DNA of 59,657 bases, filler included, from Squatina squatina (GCA_031763465.1; 3 parts of 3 records of this genome joined end to end with filler, not necessarily neighbours in it); one strand, 5' to 3'; positions 1 through 13,509 are shown, counted from the whole stretch's first letter. Numbers and translations: made by a program. The notes: generated by a model from the letters alone, not told the origin.

Positions 1-2480
1 AGTTATTCACTGCTTTAACTAGGTAAGCTATCAGGAAAACTTGCCACCATTTCTTATTCTCAAATCTTTGTTTGAATGTTCCAGACACAAGAAGCCTTCA
101 ACACTTCAATAAGTCACAGATCCCACTCCTGGGACCTGCTGTGGTGCTGTGCCGTGCATGCCGACGACTTGTATGCTTTTATATTCCACTTGCTATTTTC
201 AAGCCCCTCAATTCCCTTGAGAGTGCCGTGTCTTTTTTTTTGGAAGAAAATTATATTTAAGGAATTGGGGAATTAATCCATCCTCCTAACCCCAGCTGGT
301 CCCACTTCCCTCTGGGTAAGAAAGCGTGAAAAATGCGATCGTTAGCCTTTCGCATCTGTCAGTATACCATGTGCTGCCTGGGAAACTGGGTCAGACTCAA
401 GGTGGGTGGGGATGTGCATCTGCAGTCTGTTCACATTCAAAATGGCAGCTCTGAATTATTTAAAAAGAAAGAAAGGCAAATTGGTTGAGGAATTAGTGTT
501 AGCAAGCAAATTCTGCCTCAGACAAAACCAAATTAAGAAATAGAGTTCCTCTAACTGGACACAAGTAGAACCTTGCAGTTACAGGTTTAAATAGTAGCAC
601 ATGGGTCCTGTGAGGTTATACTTGTTCTTCGTAGCCGGGGGTGAGGGGGGCGCAGGCGGGGCAGTAGTTTCTGTTGAAATGCAGGCTGTGACTGCACACG
701 CACAGCTTTTGCATTTCATTTTAGGAGAGAAATTGATTTGATTGCACTCTGCCTTCTGGTCTGAAGTTTGGAGCAAGGGCTAGCGGGAGTGCGGGAGTGA
801 AGCCGGTATCCACATATATCACACACTTATATAACACTGCTGTAAAGTGGATTCTGGAGCATTGTGACCAGGGGCGACTGGCTCCTCCCAAAAGGATGAG
901 GAATTCTTACAGAAAATTGAAGGATGCTGAGACTGCAGCGCTTTGGATTCATTCACAGGGGTGCTGCTCTCAGCTTCCCACATAGCCAGTCCGCAAGGTA
1001 ATACGCCCGTGTGNNNNNNNNNNNNNNNNNNNNNNNNNNNNNNNNNNNNNNNNNNNNNNNNNNNNNNNNNNNNNNNNNNNNNNNNNNNNNNNNNNNNNNN
1101 NNNNNNNNNNNNNNNNNNNNNNNNNNNNNNNNNNNNNNNNNNNNNNNNNNNNNNNNNNNNNNNNNNNNNNNNNNNNNNNNNNNNNNNNNNNNNNNNNNNN
1201 NNNNNNNNNNNNNNNNNNNNNNNNNNNNNNNNNNNNNNNNNNNNNNNNNNNNNNNNNNNNNNNNNNNNNNNNNNNNNNNNNNNNNNNNNNNNNNNNNNNN
1301 NNNNNNNNNNNNNNNNNNNNNNNNNNNNNNNNNNNNNNNNNNNNNNNNNNNNNNNNNNNNNNNNNNNNNNNNNNNNNNNNNNNNNNNNNNNNNNNNNCCG
1401 TGCTCGCCACGAGTCTGGCTAGGAGTGATCTGGTACAGTCTAGGCAACAAATCCTTTGGCCTCTGCTTCCCATTCCGTTTAAGTAGTTTCTTTCTATATG
1501 TACATTGTTCAGAGAAAGATAGAGGATGAAAGGCAAGAAGGATGCACAGGTGGGATGCTATAGAAGAGCAAATAAGGGGGAAAGAAAAGGAAAGGGGTTT
1601 GGTGCGCTGAACTAAGAAGCAGCAAGGAAAAGAAACATATCGCAGAAGCTTCTCAAACATGGTTATCCGAAGCAAGAAATTCTTTCCCTTCAGTTAAAGA
1701 ATTCATATGTGTTAAAACCAGCTTTTCCCTAAATCGGGTGTCTGTGAATTGACCTGCCCTGCTATACAAGAACAAGAAATGGTTTTGGGGAACAAAGAGG
1801 CCAAGATTATATGGTCTCTGTTAGGAACAGAACAAAGGAATGATAGACCCATAAGTAAGGGATGGGGAGAGAACAAAATCATTCAAGCAGTGAAATAATT
1901 CCCCAACACTCCGCAGATGCTCTGTACACATTCCCTATATTTATAAATTATTCTCTGATATTTATTTTCAGAGTGCAAACTACTCCAGGGGGGCAGGGAA
2001 ATTCTTAAACCACCCCAGGGGAGAGTGCTAGCCTTTTTTGTTCCACTAGCCTTGGAGGTCATTTGCCACAGACAATCGGTTTCATTATTGCTCACTCAAA
2101 GCTCAATAGCAAGTGGCAGTAAAAACGGTTTTGTATCAGACGGTTGTATCTATCTTTTTTTTTTCTTGTCTTTTTTTTTGAGATGGCAGTGGCTCGCCTG
2201 AGGATGTAATAAAAAATTGATTACATTTTCTGTCAACAGAGTGGTCGGGTGCTGCAGATGTGACCCTGTTAGTAACCCATGCAGAAAGATGCTACTTTAG
2301 ATATACAGTAAATGCAGCCTTTTTACTCTGATTTGCCAGCAGCCTTTACCTCAGCGAGGAATACCATTTGAAGCTGCATGNNNNNNNNNNNNNNNNNNNN
2401 NNNNNNNNNNNNNNNNNNNNNNNNNNNNNNNNNNNNNNNNNNNNNNNNNNNNNNNNNNNNNNNNNNNNNNNNNNNNNNNN

Positions 2481-2790
2481 AGCTTTTAAGCAGCGTCTTA
2501 AAGAGAGAGAGAGAGAGAGAGGTGGTGAGACAGAGGCTTGTGGCGGGGTCGGGGTGGGGGGGGTGGGGGGAGGCGGAGGTTTCCAGATGGCTTCCAGTGG
2601 GGGATGCTCAAAAGGCCAGAGTTGGGGGAACGCAAAACTCTTGGAAGGCTGTTGGGCTGCATGAGATTGCAAAGCCATGGATGGATTTGAACATGAGGAT
2701 AAAAATTGGGGTGTTGGGAGCCAATGAAGGCCGACGAGCACAGGGGTGATGGGTAAATAGGACTTGGTGCAAGTTAGGATATGGGCACAC
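2481..2790 (-). mobile_element. L2-like LINE 3' fragment
   Basis: PITPVLVGLHWLP motif on minus; related to 29680-30045 and 54535-54890. Confidence 0.7.
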
Positions 2791-4189
2791 TCGTTTTTGA
2801 ACAAATCAGTCACAAAGTGAGCATATCATGTTGTCTCCACTATCCCTGAACACAAACCCGCAGTGTGCTGCTGGTCTCTGCACCTCGAAAGAAGCCAGAT
2901 TTAGTTGAGTGGTTTGTGAAATATGCTACCATTGGTAATGGCAAGAGGGAGAAAATATAAGTAAGAGCAGAGAGGGAGAGACTGCTGGGTAGTGGGATCA
3001 CAGGACAGTACTGTTCATTGTTGAACAGTTAGTTTTACTCGGGCTGTCATGATGATTGGTGTGAGTAAAGGACACATTTACAACCACAGAGAAAAGGACA
3101 CATTTACAACCATACAGCAAGCTTTTGAAGTTGGGCTTGAGCTAGTTTGTCATAACAGAATTGAGGGAACCGTTGATTGTACCTACTTGTATTGGATGCT
3201 GTGGCTGATTGTTAGAAGCTGAGGTGATGTTCCCCAGCACTGACATTCTTCACCTTTAATGAGTATGTTTTAAAAGAAAAGTCACTGGAGATGTGGAAAG
3301 ATGCTGGTTTTGTGTTTTCTCTCATGATCGCTTAAACGGAAGTAGATTTTGGCAGTTGATGGAAACTAGATTAAAATGAAGGAGGCCAATTACGTTTCTA
3401 AAGTAGGACTTCAGTTCGTGCATTATTGATGGAGATGGGCAAGATGCAAAAGAACAAATACACTGTGGCTCCGCTTACTGTATATAACTGACTTTTTTTT
3501 GTCTGTAGGAAAAAATGTTTTATTAAAATTCTCCTTTATATATTTATATAAAAAGATCAAAGAATGAGCACTTCAAAAAATACTGCAACGGTGTTTTAAT
3601 CTTTACATCCAAGCTAGTTTAGAATGATGTTTGCACTGGCTTGTATCAATGCATAGATAACAGTGAGATTGGAATATGATGGGAACAGTGTGGCCATAAA
3701 ATTCAATTATTGTACAATTGAAACTATTGTACATGTTATCTACATAAGGAGATATGCCAGGGACACGGGATTAGGTCCCCTGCTTGTAGGATTGAAGTAG
3801 GATTGTGCGTTCTCAACTTGTGGCATCAACCATTGTTCTCTTTATCGCCTTTTCCTCCTACCCCTAAAAACAAAAGGTGGTGTCAACTGAATCTGGAATT
3901 GGGGCCCAAAAGGTGTCAAATGTTTGATCTTTCCCTACTCAACGCACACAAGTAGATTTTTCTTTTAAACCTCTGCTGCACCTACTCGAAAATACTGGCG
4001 CATTGCATTAGGGGGAGGGAAAGGGTGAGGGTGACGCCACAGTCGACTACAAAACCTACGCTCCCCGATGTCTATGCATGCTTTTCCAACCAGGGCCAAT
4101 GGAAAGCTACCAGTGGGAGCCCTGGCTTTTTTTTTTCTGCTCGCTATCCCAGGGGCACTGGAACATTCAGCCCCTGTTTTGCAATTTAA

Positions 4190-4650
4190 TTAAACCTTGG
4201 CTGATCTGTATCTTAACTTCATTTGCTCACCTTGGTTCTGTAACCCTTTAATACCTAAAACAAAAATCTATCAATCTTAAGTTTGAAATTGTCAATTGAT
4301 CTGGCCTCAACAGCTTTTTTTGGGGATAGAGTTCCAGATTTCCATAACCCTTTGTGTGAAGAAGTGCTTTCTATCATCACCCCTGAATGGCCTAGCTCTC
4401 CCCAATGGACTCCGCATAACAGAGGAAATAGTTTCTCTCTATCTACCCTATCAAATCTTTTAATCATACTAAGCACCTCAATTAGATTACCTCTTAATCT
4501 TCTAAACTCTAAGGAATACAAACCTTGTCGATGCAACCTGTCCTCCATAAATTAACCCTTTTAGCCTTGGTATCACTCTGGTGAATCTGTGCTGTTCCCC
4601 TTCCAAGGCCAATATATCCTTCCTGACGTGTGGTGCCCAGAACTGAAGAC
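4190..4650 (-). mobile_element. CR1-clade LINE 3' fragment
   Basis: Minus frame gives GLYSLEFRRLRGNLIEV...FDRVDREKLFPL, the CR1 ORF2 C-terminus, with frameshifts. Confidence 0.8.
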
Positions 4651-6214
4651 AGGTTGGAGCACCTAAAATGCCCTACTGAGATCAGTTAACTCATATAGGC
4701 CAGGGTTACACTTGGGGCCTTCGTGGTCTGTATAACTCAGCATCCCTCCAGAGGGTGCATTTAACCACTGCACTGAAGTGTGTGCATGTTTATATGTATA
4801 TTGTGTCTGTGTATGTACACTCATTTTAAGAACTATATATTGGATATGTCAACATTTGCACTTAATTGTAGTACTTAGACATTGCATTAAATGTGTTATA
4901 TTAACCATTTTGAAATGATTCTTGTTTGTGCATGCAAAATTAATTTGATGGAGACTTGGCAGGGTTTACTTAAATTATTCGTGTACCTTTGGTAAAATCC
5001 CAGATTCATGAACTGATTGTAGACTATCAGTGGTAATATAGTGCAGTGAACAACAGCACTTAGAAAGCTCGTACTAAATGCATTCAGCACATAAAGAGCA
5101 TCTTGTGTTTGTTTTCCATTGAAGTTAAACATAAGCATTCTGGTGAAGCAGCTTTATATATTAAAAAAAAGTCACCTGTAAATTGAGTGCGTATTGAATC
5201 CCTTTATTCAATCACCGTAACCATGGAAACGTAACCCAAGTTGCAACACATTAGTTTTTGGGCATGATCCATCATGTTCCTAGTTACGTTCTTAGTTTAT
5301 TCTTTGCATGTTTGAATTTTGATGAGTGGCTCCACGGTTCTGGCGGAAGTCAGTTATGGGCCAGCGAATGCAGNNNNNNNNNNNNNNNNNNNNNNNNNNN
5401 NNNNNNNNNNNNNNNNNNNNNNNNNNNNNNNNNNNNNNNNNNNNNNNNNNNNNNNNNNNNNNNNNNNNNNNNNTCGCTGTCATATGTTGTTTGAGGCTCC
5501 TCTGAATCGACTTGAGATGTTAAAGGTGCTATGTAAGTGCATGTTGTTGTATGTCGAGTGTTCTCATCTGACCAAATACTTCTCTCTGCCTCATTGCTTG
5601 CACCCTTTCCCCATTAGCCCATCCCAAGGAACGCCACCGGTCAGCATCACCACTTCGAAAAGCCACCCGGGACGACCTACAAGATCCAACCCAAGCAGCA
5701 TGTGAGTATTTGTCATACCAGGACAGGCACGCACTCTTCAGTGCAGTGGAAGGGCTCATGCCATTCCTTTCATAACATGTCCGGACCAGTTACTGTAAGT
5801 CAGCTTCGTCTCAGCCTGATGCTTTCTCATTTTCTCTCTTCAACTGCTTGCATAGTCAACAGTGGGTTCGATCATTTAAAGATTTTAAAAGGAGAAAAAA
5901 ATAGTTTGTGGCTAATGAGCTGCAGCAGGATGCATTTTAAGGATTTCAGGTTTTTTTTAAATCATAGAAATGCATTCAAATGACACTTTAAAGTTGTGCA
6001 TGTATATCAAATTTTGTCAGTGGTGGAACAGAGGCATTCACCACTACCAAATGTGTAATACTGAGAAGCAGACTTAAAAAAAAGCAGAAATTGTCAAGTG
6101 TAAATATTCAACTAAGAATGGTGAGACCAAAATATCTGTATTGCTCACCATTGTATGGTAGACCATGTTGCCTCATATAGACCAGTGAAACAAATGTCCT
6201 TCCTAACTACATAA

Positions 6215-6611
6215 AATGCTGGAAATACTCAGCAGGTCATGCAGCAGCTGTGGAGAGAAAGAGAAACACAGTTAATGTTTCAGGTCAATAACCTTTCACC
6301 AGAACTGGAGATGAACAGCTTTTGGAAATGAGCTGGACATTCTGTAACTGTTCACACCTCCTCTGGACTTATCTTTGTTTCCATGTTTGTCCTGTATCAC
6401 CTTTTTCCTTGCATCATCATCCCTTTTGTCATTTAATCACTCCTGCCCTCTGCCCCTCTGTTTTGTCCCTTCCCTGCACCCCCAGCCCCCTTTTCCCCCA
6501 TCTCTACTGTTAGTTAAAAGCTGTTCATCTCCAACATCTTCCCATTCTGATGAAAGGTCAGCGACCTGAAACATTCACTCTTTCTCTCTGTCAGATGCTG
6601 CCTGACCTGAG
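6215..6611. mobile_element. Penelope-like element remnant with inverted terminal segments carrying hammerhead motifs
   Basis: 6227-6308 and 6543-6611 are inverted copies of each other; each has CTG(A/G)TGA-hairpin-GAAAC. Confidence 0.6.
6541..6580 (+). ncRNA. Minimal hammerhead ribozyme motif, probably decayed
   Basis: CTGATGA 6547-6553, stem II AGGTC/GACCT, GAAAC 6568-6572. Confidence 0.55.
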
Positions 6612-9342
6612 NNNNNNNNNNNNNNNNNNNNNNNNNNNNNNNNNNNNNNNNNNNNNNNNNNNNNNNNNNNNNNNNNNNNNNNNNNNNNNNNNNNNNNNNN
6701 NNNNNNNNNNNACATGGGTGAAGTGCTGAGGTGCTTGTTGGCAAGAGAAGCCTTAGATTTTTTGTTAGCCTCTTAATTACTTCAACCAAGCAGCTATTGT
6801 TTAAATGTAAGCCGAGATGATGAGTGTTATCTGCCCTATCCTGTCCTTTGAGCAGGGTGACTGGATCGTGATTGGGAGCAGGAACCATTATTTCCATTTC
6901 CTGCTGCTTCACTGTGATCAGACCCAACCTGGCTTTTCTGGCTGAGCCTTAAAGCTTCGCTTGACCTTCACCCATAAGGCCACTGGGGCAACTCGCCAAT
7001 CATCTGTTTGTGAAGGTGACCTGCTACTTGCAGGTAGATTTTTGGAAAGAGATACTGCAACTTGAAAAGCTTTTGCAGTAAAAAAAAATAATGTGCTAAA
7101 GTTAGCTCTGCTCAAACTGGGATTCTTTTTGTCCCTGAGGTAAATTCAGCAATTTTTTTTTATTTGAAGTCTTAAACGCAATCCTTACCAAATAGTGCTC
7201 CAAGTGTAAAATTGGCAAGAACACACTGCCCCCTCAAAGAATCAGTGCGAGGTTTATATTAGATCATCAGGATTCTTTTTGTGTTATGCTGCTGGAATAC
7301 ATGATGATGCACCCACACAATGAGTAGCCTGACCGTTGCTATAAACTGGTCATCACCACTGACCTTTATTTCAGTGATCACTGGAATAAACGGCTACCGT
7401 GTCACTTTCTGGTTTTTATTACAAACGAGGCTTGTGAAATTCAGAGGCCGATCTTTTAAACACTTCTCCCTCTGACTGTTCTGAGCTTGCACCCCCTGCC
7501 CCTATGTTTCTGGGAGGGGGTGGGAGATGGTGCGGAGAGCTGAGATTTTGGTGCCAGCTCGGCAGGAGGCTCGTTGGACCCATCTGCTTCACGCCAGCTG
7601 GAAAATAGGACAGTGCCTGGCTTGTGGGAACAGATGGCCTCTGGGGGATGAGTGGGGGTGGGGGGGGATGGTTTCCCGCTGCAAATTCCTGTTTAGGGCA
7701 AATTAAACCAGATGTGTCTAGAAGAAGAAGAATTTACGCTAATGAGATTTGATAGAGGTCAAGAACAGGAACTGTCCTTAATTAACCCTTCGGGGACTAT
7801 GTTTCCTCAGACACTGAATGTAAAATGTTTCTCTATTAGCTAATGGTAGGAGGTAGCCTAGAAATACTGGATTGATGCAATCTGAAGGACTTGCACATAA
7901 AGAAACTACAACTCATTCCCCAATGCAACAAACATCCAAAAATAGCTCATTTTATTTTAATACGTATCATGGACAAAGAATACTTAAACTGTACTCTTAG
8001 GATTTTGTGTAATCTTATGATTAGTACTTAAAGCATAANNNNNNNNNNNNNNNNNNNNNNNNNNNNNNNNNNNNNNNNNNNNNNNNNNNNNNNNNNNNNN
8101 NNNNNNNNNNNNNNNNNNNNNNNNNNNNNNNNNNNNNNGAGTGGGTTTAAAGATTTTTTTTCATGTAAAGGTTATTAAAAGAACAGAATGAAGTTGTGTC
8201 AATCACAATGTGGAAGAGGAAATTAGATAAACACTTGAAGAGAAATGTTACAGGGTATGGAAAAAGAGCAGGAGAACAGGATTAAAGTAGCTAACTGATT
8301 TGGAGCAAGTACTGGCACACGTATGAGGGATGGAATTCCCCCAGAGGAATGGGAGTAGACCATTCAGCCCATACTGCTTTGTTAGCCATGGCAGCTCTCT
8401 CTTAAATCCTAATTCATTGCTCTTTTTTCCATATGTATTAATTCACTTGCTTCCCTTTTGAATACCTGAATTGATTTTGTATTTGTGTCCATTCACCATT
8501 CTAACCACCCTCAATGTAAAACCATATTTTTCCGGATTTGTTTTTAACTGGCTCGGATCTGTGCCATGGCTTTTGTGATAAAACACATTGTGTTCATTTA
8601 TTGCCAGCTAAGATTATCGGCGTTAAAACTTTTGAAAATCTGAGGGACGATAGGACACTTTAAAAGTCTGATGATTCTCCTTGTTTTTTTAAATCATTGA
8701 ATTGATGTTGTGGCTTCTGTTTTTAGAGCCGGGTTCATAGTTTCAGGCAGACTCAACTGATCTGTTTGACTGATCTGGACCAGTCCAACTGTTCTATAGG
8801 AAGGAGGGGAGTTTCAGCATTTCAGCCCTGCCATCGAGCCAAGAGCTGAAGTGATTTGGAGCCAGAGACTGTGTGGGAGCTGAGCAAGGCCAGATTACCA
8901 CATACTGTCATGTGTAAGTGGGAAACAATCAACAGCTTAATTCACCAGTGAAATGAATATGGTGAAAATATACTTGTCTCAGCAAATTGTTTCTAACAGA
9001 TTGAGTAAATTGATGAATATAATGAAATTGAGCCAAATCTGTGGTAAAATACTTTTAAAGGAAAAGAATGGTTTGAATTTGGCCTACGGCTGTTTAAGCT
9101 CAGCACAATATTTGAGTGCTTATTCTTGGCATTTCCCAGCCGCACGGCCCTTTTTTATTATAAGTTCCTGTTTTACTTTATTTTCTCCTTTATTTAAACT
9201 AAGGTCAGCGAATGTGATACCCAACACATGCTGGAATAATCTGAATATTTGGAAACTTAATTCCAAATAATCATCCTGATCATACCAGGAGGGAATGGGT
9301 AAAATGTATGTGTTTTCTTAGTTTTAACAAAAGTGTTTTTAA

Positions 9343-9751
9343 CTGAGTAAGAAGGTGTTGGTTCAAACCCTACTCCAAGACACATAATCTAGGCTGACAT
9401 TGCAGTGCATTACTGAGGGAGTGTTGCACTGGCTGAGGTGCCATCTTTCAGATAAGGCATTAAACCGAGGTCCCGTCTACTCACTCTTTAAGGTGGACGT
9501 AAAAGATCCCATGGCACTATTTCGAAGAAGAGCAGGGGAGATATCCCCCGTGTCCGAACCAATTTTTATCCCTGAAACAACATCACTTAAAAAAAAAATC
9601 TGGTCGTTATCATATTACTGTTTATGGGAGCTTGCTGTGCACAAATTGGCTGCCAAGTTTCCTACATTAGAACAGTGATTACACTTCAAAAAGTACTTAA
9701 TTGGCTGTAACACGCTTTGAGACGTCTGGTGGTCGTGAAAGGCACTATATA
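9343..9751 (+). mobile_element. DeuSINE (SacSINE1-like) copy
   Basis: TTAAACCGAGG...AAAAGATCCCATGGCACTATTTCGAAGAAGAGCAGGGGAG core; similar to 50207-50665. Confidence 0.8.
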
Positions 9752-11653
9752 NNNNNNNNNNNNNNNNNNNNNNNNNNNNNNNNNNNNNNNNNNNNNNNNN
9801 NNNNNNNNNNNNNNNNNNNNNNNNNNNNNNNNNNNNNNNNNNNNNNNNNNNTAAGCTTTACCCACCACTTTATTTTCATCCAATTTCACTTAACTGTATA
9901 CAAGTGAGTTGCATTAGCTTCAAGGCAAGTAATTTACATGAAGAGCAAAAATGAATTACTGAACAGCTGACAACAGTATGAGACATTTGACAACTGAGTG
10001 AGTGCAACCATGTGCACACCAAAAACAAAACTCCTACAAAGCAATAGGCTTAGTCTGAAGTTAAAAAAAAAAACTATTCTGTTCTTTCCTTCTCTCCACT
10101 CCCCAAAATTACACCCAAGAGAAACTTGGGGGGGGGGGCTTATTGTTTCTGTGTGGGATTTAGATACCACAGCACTAAATTCACTTGGAGAAGCTATGGG
10201 ATGGCCAGCGTGGGATTTGTAGAAAAGTGACACATTAATACAGTGAAGAACATGGGTGTTCTTCTGAGACTGGAGACGAGGCATGCTGTTGAGGCAGAGT
10301 AGAGGGGGCTTCATTCTGTATCCAACCATGTTTCACCTCCTCTGGAAGTGCTCAAGGGAGATACGAGCAGTCTGAACCAGAAAGTCTTCCGTTTCCCGGT
10401 AAGATCNNNNNNNNNNTAGGACCTTATCTAAATCCTGATGAAAGTCCAAACCTGATCTTAAAATTTTGATCCGTTTCTCAGTGTGTATAAGAGTCATAAT
10501 CGAGTCATATTTGCAAATAAACATTGCAAGCTTTCTAAGAATGATAAGTGCTTCAGTTTTTCTTTCCCCTCTGCTGAGCTTTTTAAAGACGTGTTGGGCT
10601 GTTTTCACACAACCTACCAAGTTGACATATGGTGATAGTCACGGCACTCCTTTCTCAGAGATGGCTGCAGACATATTCCATGCCTCTTTGCCTAGCTGAA
10701 TCCCTGTCTTATTTCAGTGTAATCATTTTGAGCTGGAGTTCACCACACTAACATGTTTAGCAAAACTCGGCCGTTGTAAATTGGCCTCACTGCGCCATTT
10801 GGTTTCTAAACAATGACCTCTTTTGACGAGTGGGTCAATGTGAAGGGGATGGTGGAGATTTAAAAATCTCACTCACAGTTTCACTGGAAGCCATTGCATA
10901 TGCTGTGCTCGGAGCAGCATCTCCCCGACACAATACATTTTAATTGGAATTTGCCACAGCCACATTCCCCAGGGGGGTTTTCTCCTGAGTGATTCATGCG
11001 ACTGACAGATCTCAACAGACCTGCTGACAAATACAAGACTTTTNNNNNNNNNNNNNNNNNNNNNNNNNNNNNNNNNNNNNNNNNNNNNNNNNNNNNNNNN
11101 NNNNNNNNNNNNNNNNNNNNNNNNNNNNNNNNNNNNNNNNNNNTTGTAGATAGGCTGGGGTGAGACAACGGAAATTTAAAGACGGGTGCAAGGATTTTAA
11201 ATTTAATGCATTGGAGAGCCAGGGAGGGAGAGATCCAGGGTGAGGGAGGACATAGTACGGGGCAGGAAACACGCAGCGGAGTTTTGAACAAGTTGAACAG
11301 GATGGATAATGGGAAGCTGTCAAGGAAACCATTGGAGTAATCAATCTGGAGATGATAGTGTGAATAAGGATCTCACTGACATAATGAGAATCTTGGTGGA
11401 TAGAAGCAATGCTGACCTTATCGAACAGTAGAATCATGAGTTTCTTTGTGTGAATCTTTGGTGCATTGTCTTGAACATGAGCTGTCTTGTATGTCACCAT
11501 ATATGATACTGAATTATCCTCTGTCGAAGTCTGAGGCTTCAAGTGGATATCCTTAACAGAGAGAGATGACTATATTGCATTGACTTTCTAATTGTCCCCT
11601 TGAAGATTAAGACCAAAATATAATACTGCAATGTTGTTTTATGTTGACTTTAG

Positions 11654-11756
11654 GAAGCCTCGCCCGGTGTCTCAGCTGGTGGCACAGCAAGTAACCCAAC
11701 AGTTTGCATCACCCACACAACCAAAGAAAGAGAAAAAAGACAAGGGAGAGAAGGAA
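11654..11756 (+). CDS. YAF2: YAF2 internal coding exon, 3' end lost in gap
   Basis: TTTAG acceptor then phase-2 (R)KPRPVSQLVAQQVTQQFASPTQPKKEKKDKGEKE, nearly identical to YAF2 as recalled; GXYLT1 lies downstream on the same strand as in mammals. Confidence 0.93.
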
Positions 11757-11991
11757 NNNNNNNNNNNNNNNNNNNNNNNNNNNNNNNNNNNNNNNNNNNN
11801 NNNNNNNNNNNNNNNNNNNNNNNNNNNNNNNNNNNNNNNNNNNNNNNNNNNNNNNNATGGACCTAGGCACTGGACACAACAAATGCATACATAGCCCAGT
11901 CAACCCTGCAAAGTCCTCCTCACTGAGGACTTGTACCAAAATTGTCCCAGAGGCCTGTCCCACAGACTAGTCAAGTATGACTATTTTACAG

Positions 11992-12175
11992 CCTGACAGT
12001 CATTATCACAGACTTTAAGGAGAAAGCGAGGTCAGCCCCAGCGGCCACTGCTACCTCGAGTACCACTGCCGACCAGCACAGCCTGAGCAGCTCCAGCTCC
12101 GACAACACAGAAAAAGGCTTGTCCCGGTCATCGTCGCCCAGGGGGGAAGGATCAGTAAACGGCGAATCCCACTAA
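11992..12175 (+). CDS. YAF2: YAF2 last coding exon, 5' part missing
   Basis: LTVIITDFKEKARSAPAATATSSTTADQHSLSSSSSDNTEKGLSRSSSPRGEGSVNGESH* matches the YAF2 C-terminus; TAA at 12173-12175. Confidence 0.92.
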
Positions 12176-13509
12176 AGTGCCGGCTGACCTACTTCCTTTA
12201 CTCACTCCTGTGCTCAACGGTTCAATAGTCAGCGTCTCAACAACTTCAGTCCTGGGCGTTCAGTGTTAACACTGGCAAGTCGGGCTGCCTTCTTCAGTTT
12301 CGGTTTCAGTGCTTTCTAATACTTGCGTACCAATCTGGAACTCTTGCACTGCGGCATGTTTTTGAGTGTAATTTTCTATAACTTAGATCGGACTGCCTAA
12401 GTAATGTGTTCGAGGACTGAATTGTGAAGCAGCTGGCTTTAGGTATTCAGTGCTACCTTTGGTCAATTTTCAATCAACTGCTGCAGTAACAAAACAATTT
12501 CTGAAAATCGTTTGCCTAGTTAAGTGCACCTGCTGGTACTTGGTGTGGTTAAATAGGAAAAGCATTCTCAAAAGCATTTGTATAAATTCTTGCCAACGTT
12601 TTTTCAACACTTGTTATTTGAATGGGAAAAAAATCACGTAGCCATTAAAATCGTGGCGTTACAAATGTCCACTGTCATTCATTTCAGTAAGTTACAGTTT
12701 TAATATGTAGGCCACAAGATTGGAAACTGTTACTGTCTGTGGTAGACTACAGTTCAAAAGTAACTGAAAACCTTTTCCTAACACGACCAATTTTATTTAA
12801 TTTTGCACATTAATTTACCTTAAATTCACAGCTTTCATTAACTAACCCGGGCTAAATTCAACACCTTAAGCCAATCCTTCAGTTGTTGCAGCCTTGTGCA
12901 TCTTGCCGTATCATTCCGATCTCTGTCCCATATTATTTCACTAACTTGTATTAGTACTGTATTAGTTTTGCGGTCAAACTGCTCCTGTAGTTTCAGTGAT
13001 CAATGTGGCCAATTCCAGAGATGCTGACAATTATTTCAAGTTTTTATTTCCCCAGCCCCAGTACAGAAAGACCAGAATCTTCAAAAGCTGATAAATTAAG
13101 CTGTTTCTGCCTCACTCACAACTTCACGAACCCACCAGACCCAGAGGAAGCTTTTACAACAGAGCTTAAACTGAAAAATGTTCCATTATATTCCCCCCGA
13201 CCCCTCCAATTGGAAATATTGCAGGAATCTAGCGGCTATCCATACAGCAAAAGGGACTCGGGTTTGTGACCGGAGGTGAAAATTTAGTTAACTAGACTGT
13301 GATTGAATATGTATGTCAAACAGGTTTCAGGCCCCAGGCACAAAAGAAGTGATTTAAAAATAGGAAAAATAACCATAGGTCCACAATAGTATATTGATAC
13401 AAACCAGGTGTAAAGAAAGTCACAACATTAAACTTCAGAATCACTTCCACCTTGCTTCAGGATATTCTCTTGTGTGTAAATACCTCAAACTAATTAATAC
13501 ATACTCACT

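Noticed and set aside
579-614. Possible 36-nt micro-exon (TTGCAG|...GAG|GTTATA)
   Set aside because: Short pyrimidine tract and weak donor; unsupported without conservation data
943-1675. ORFs spanning N runs here and throughout the window
   Set aside because: Open only because N codons are not stops
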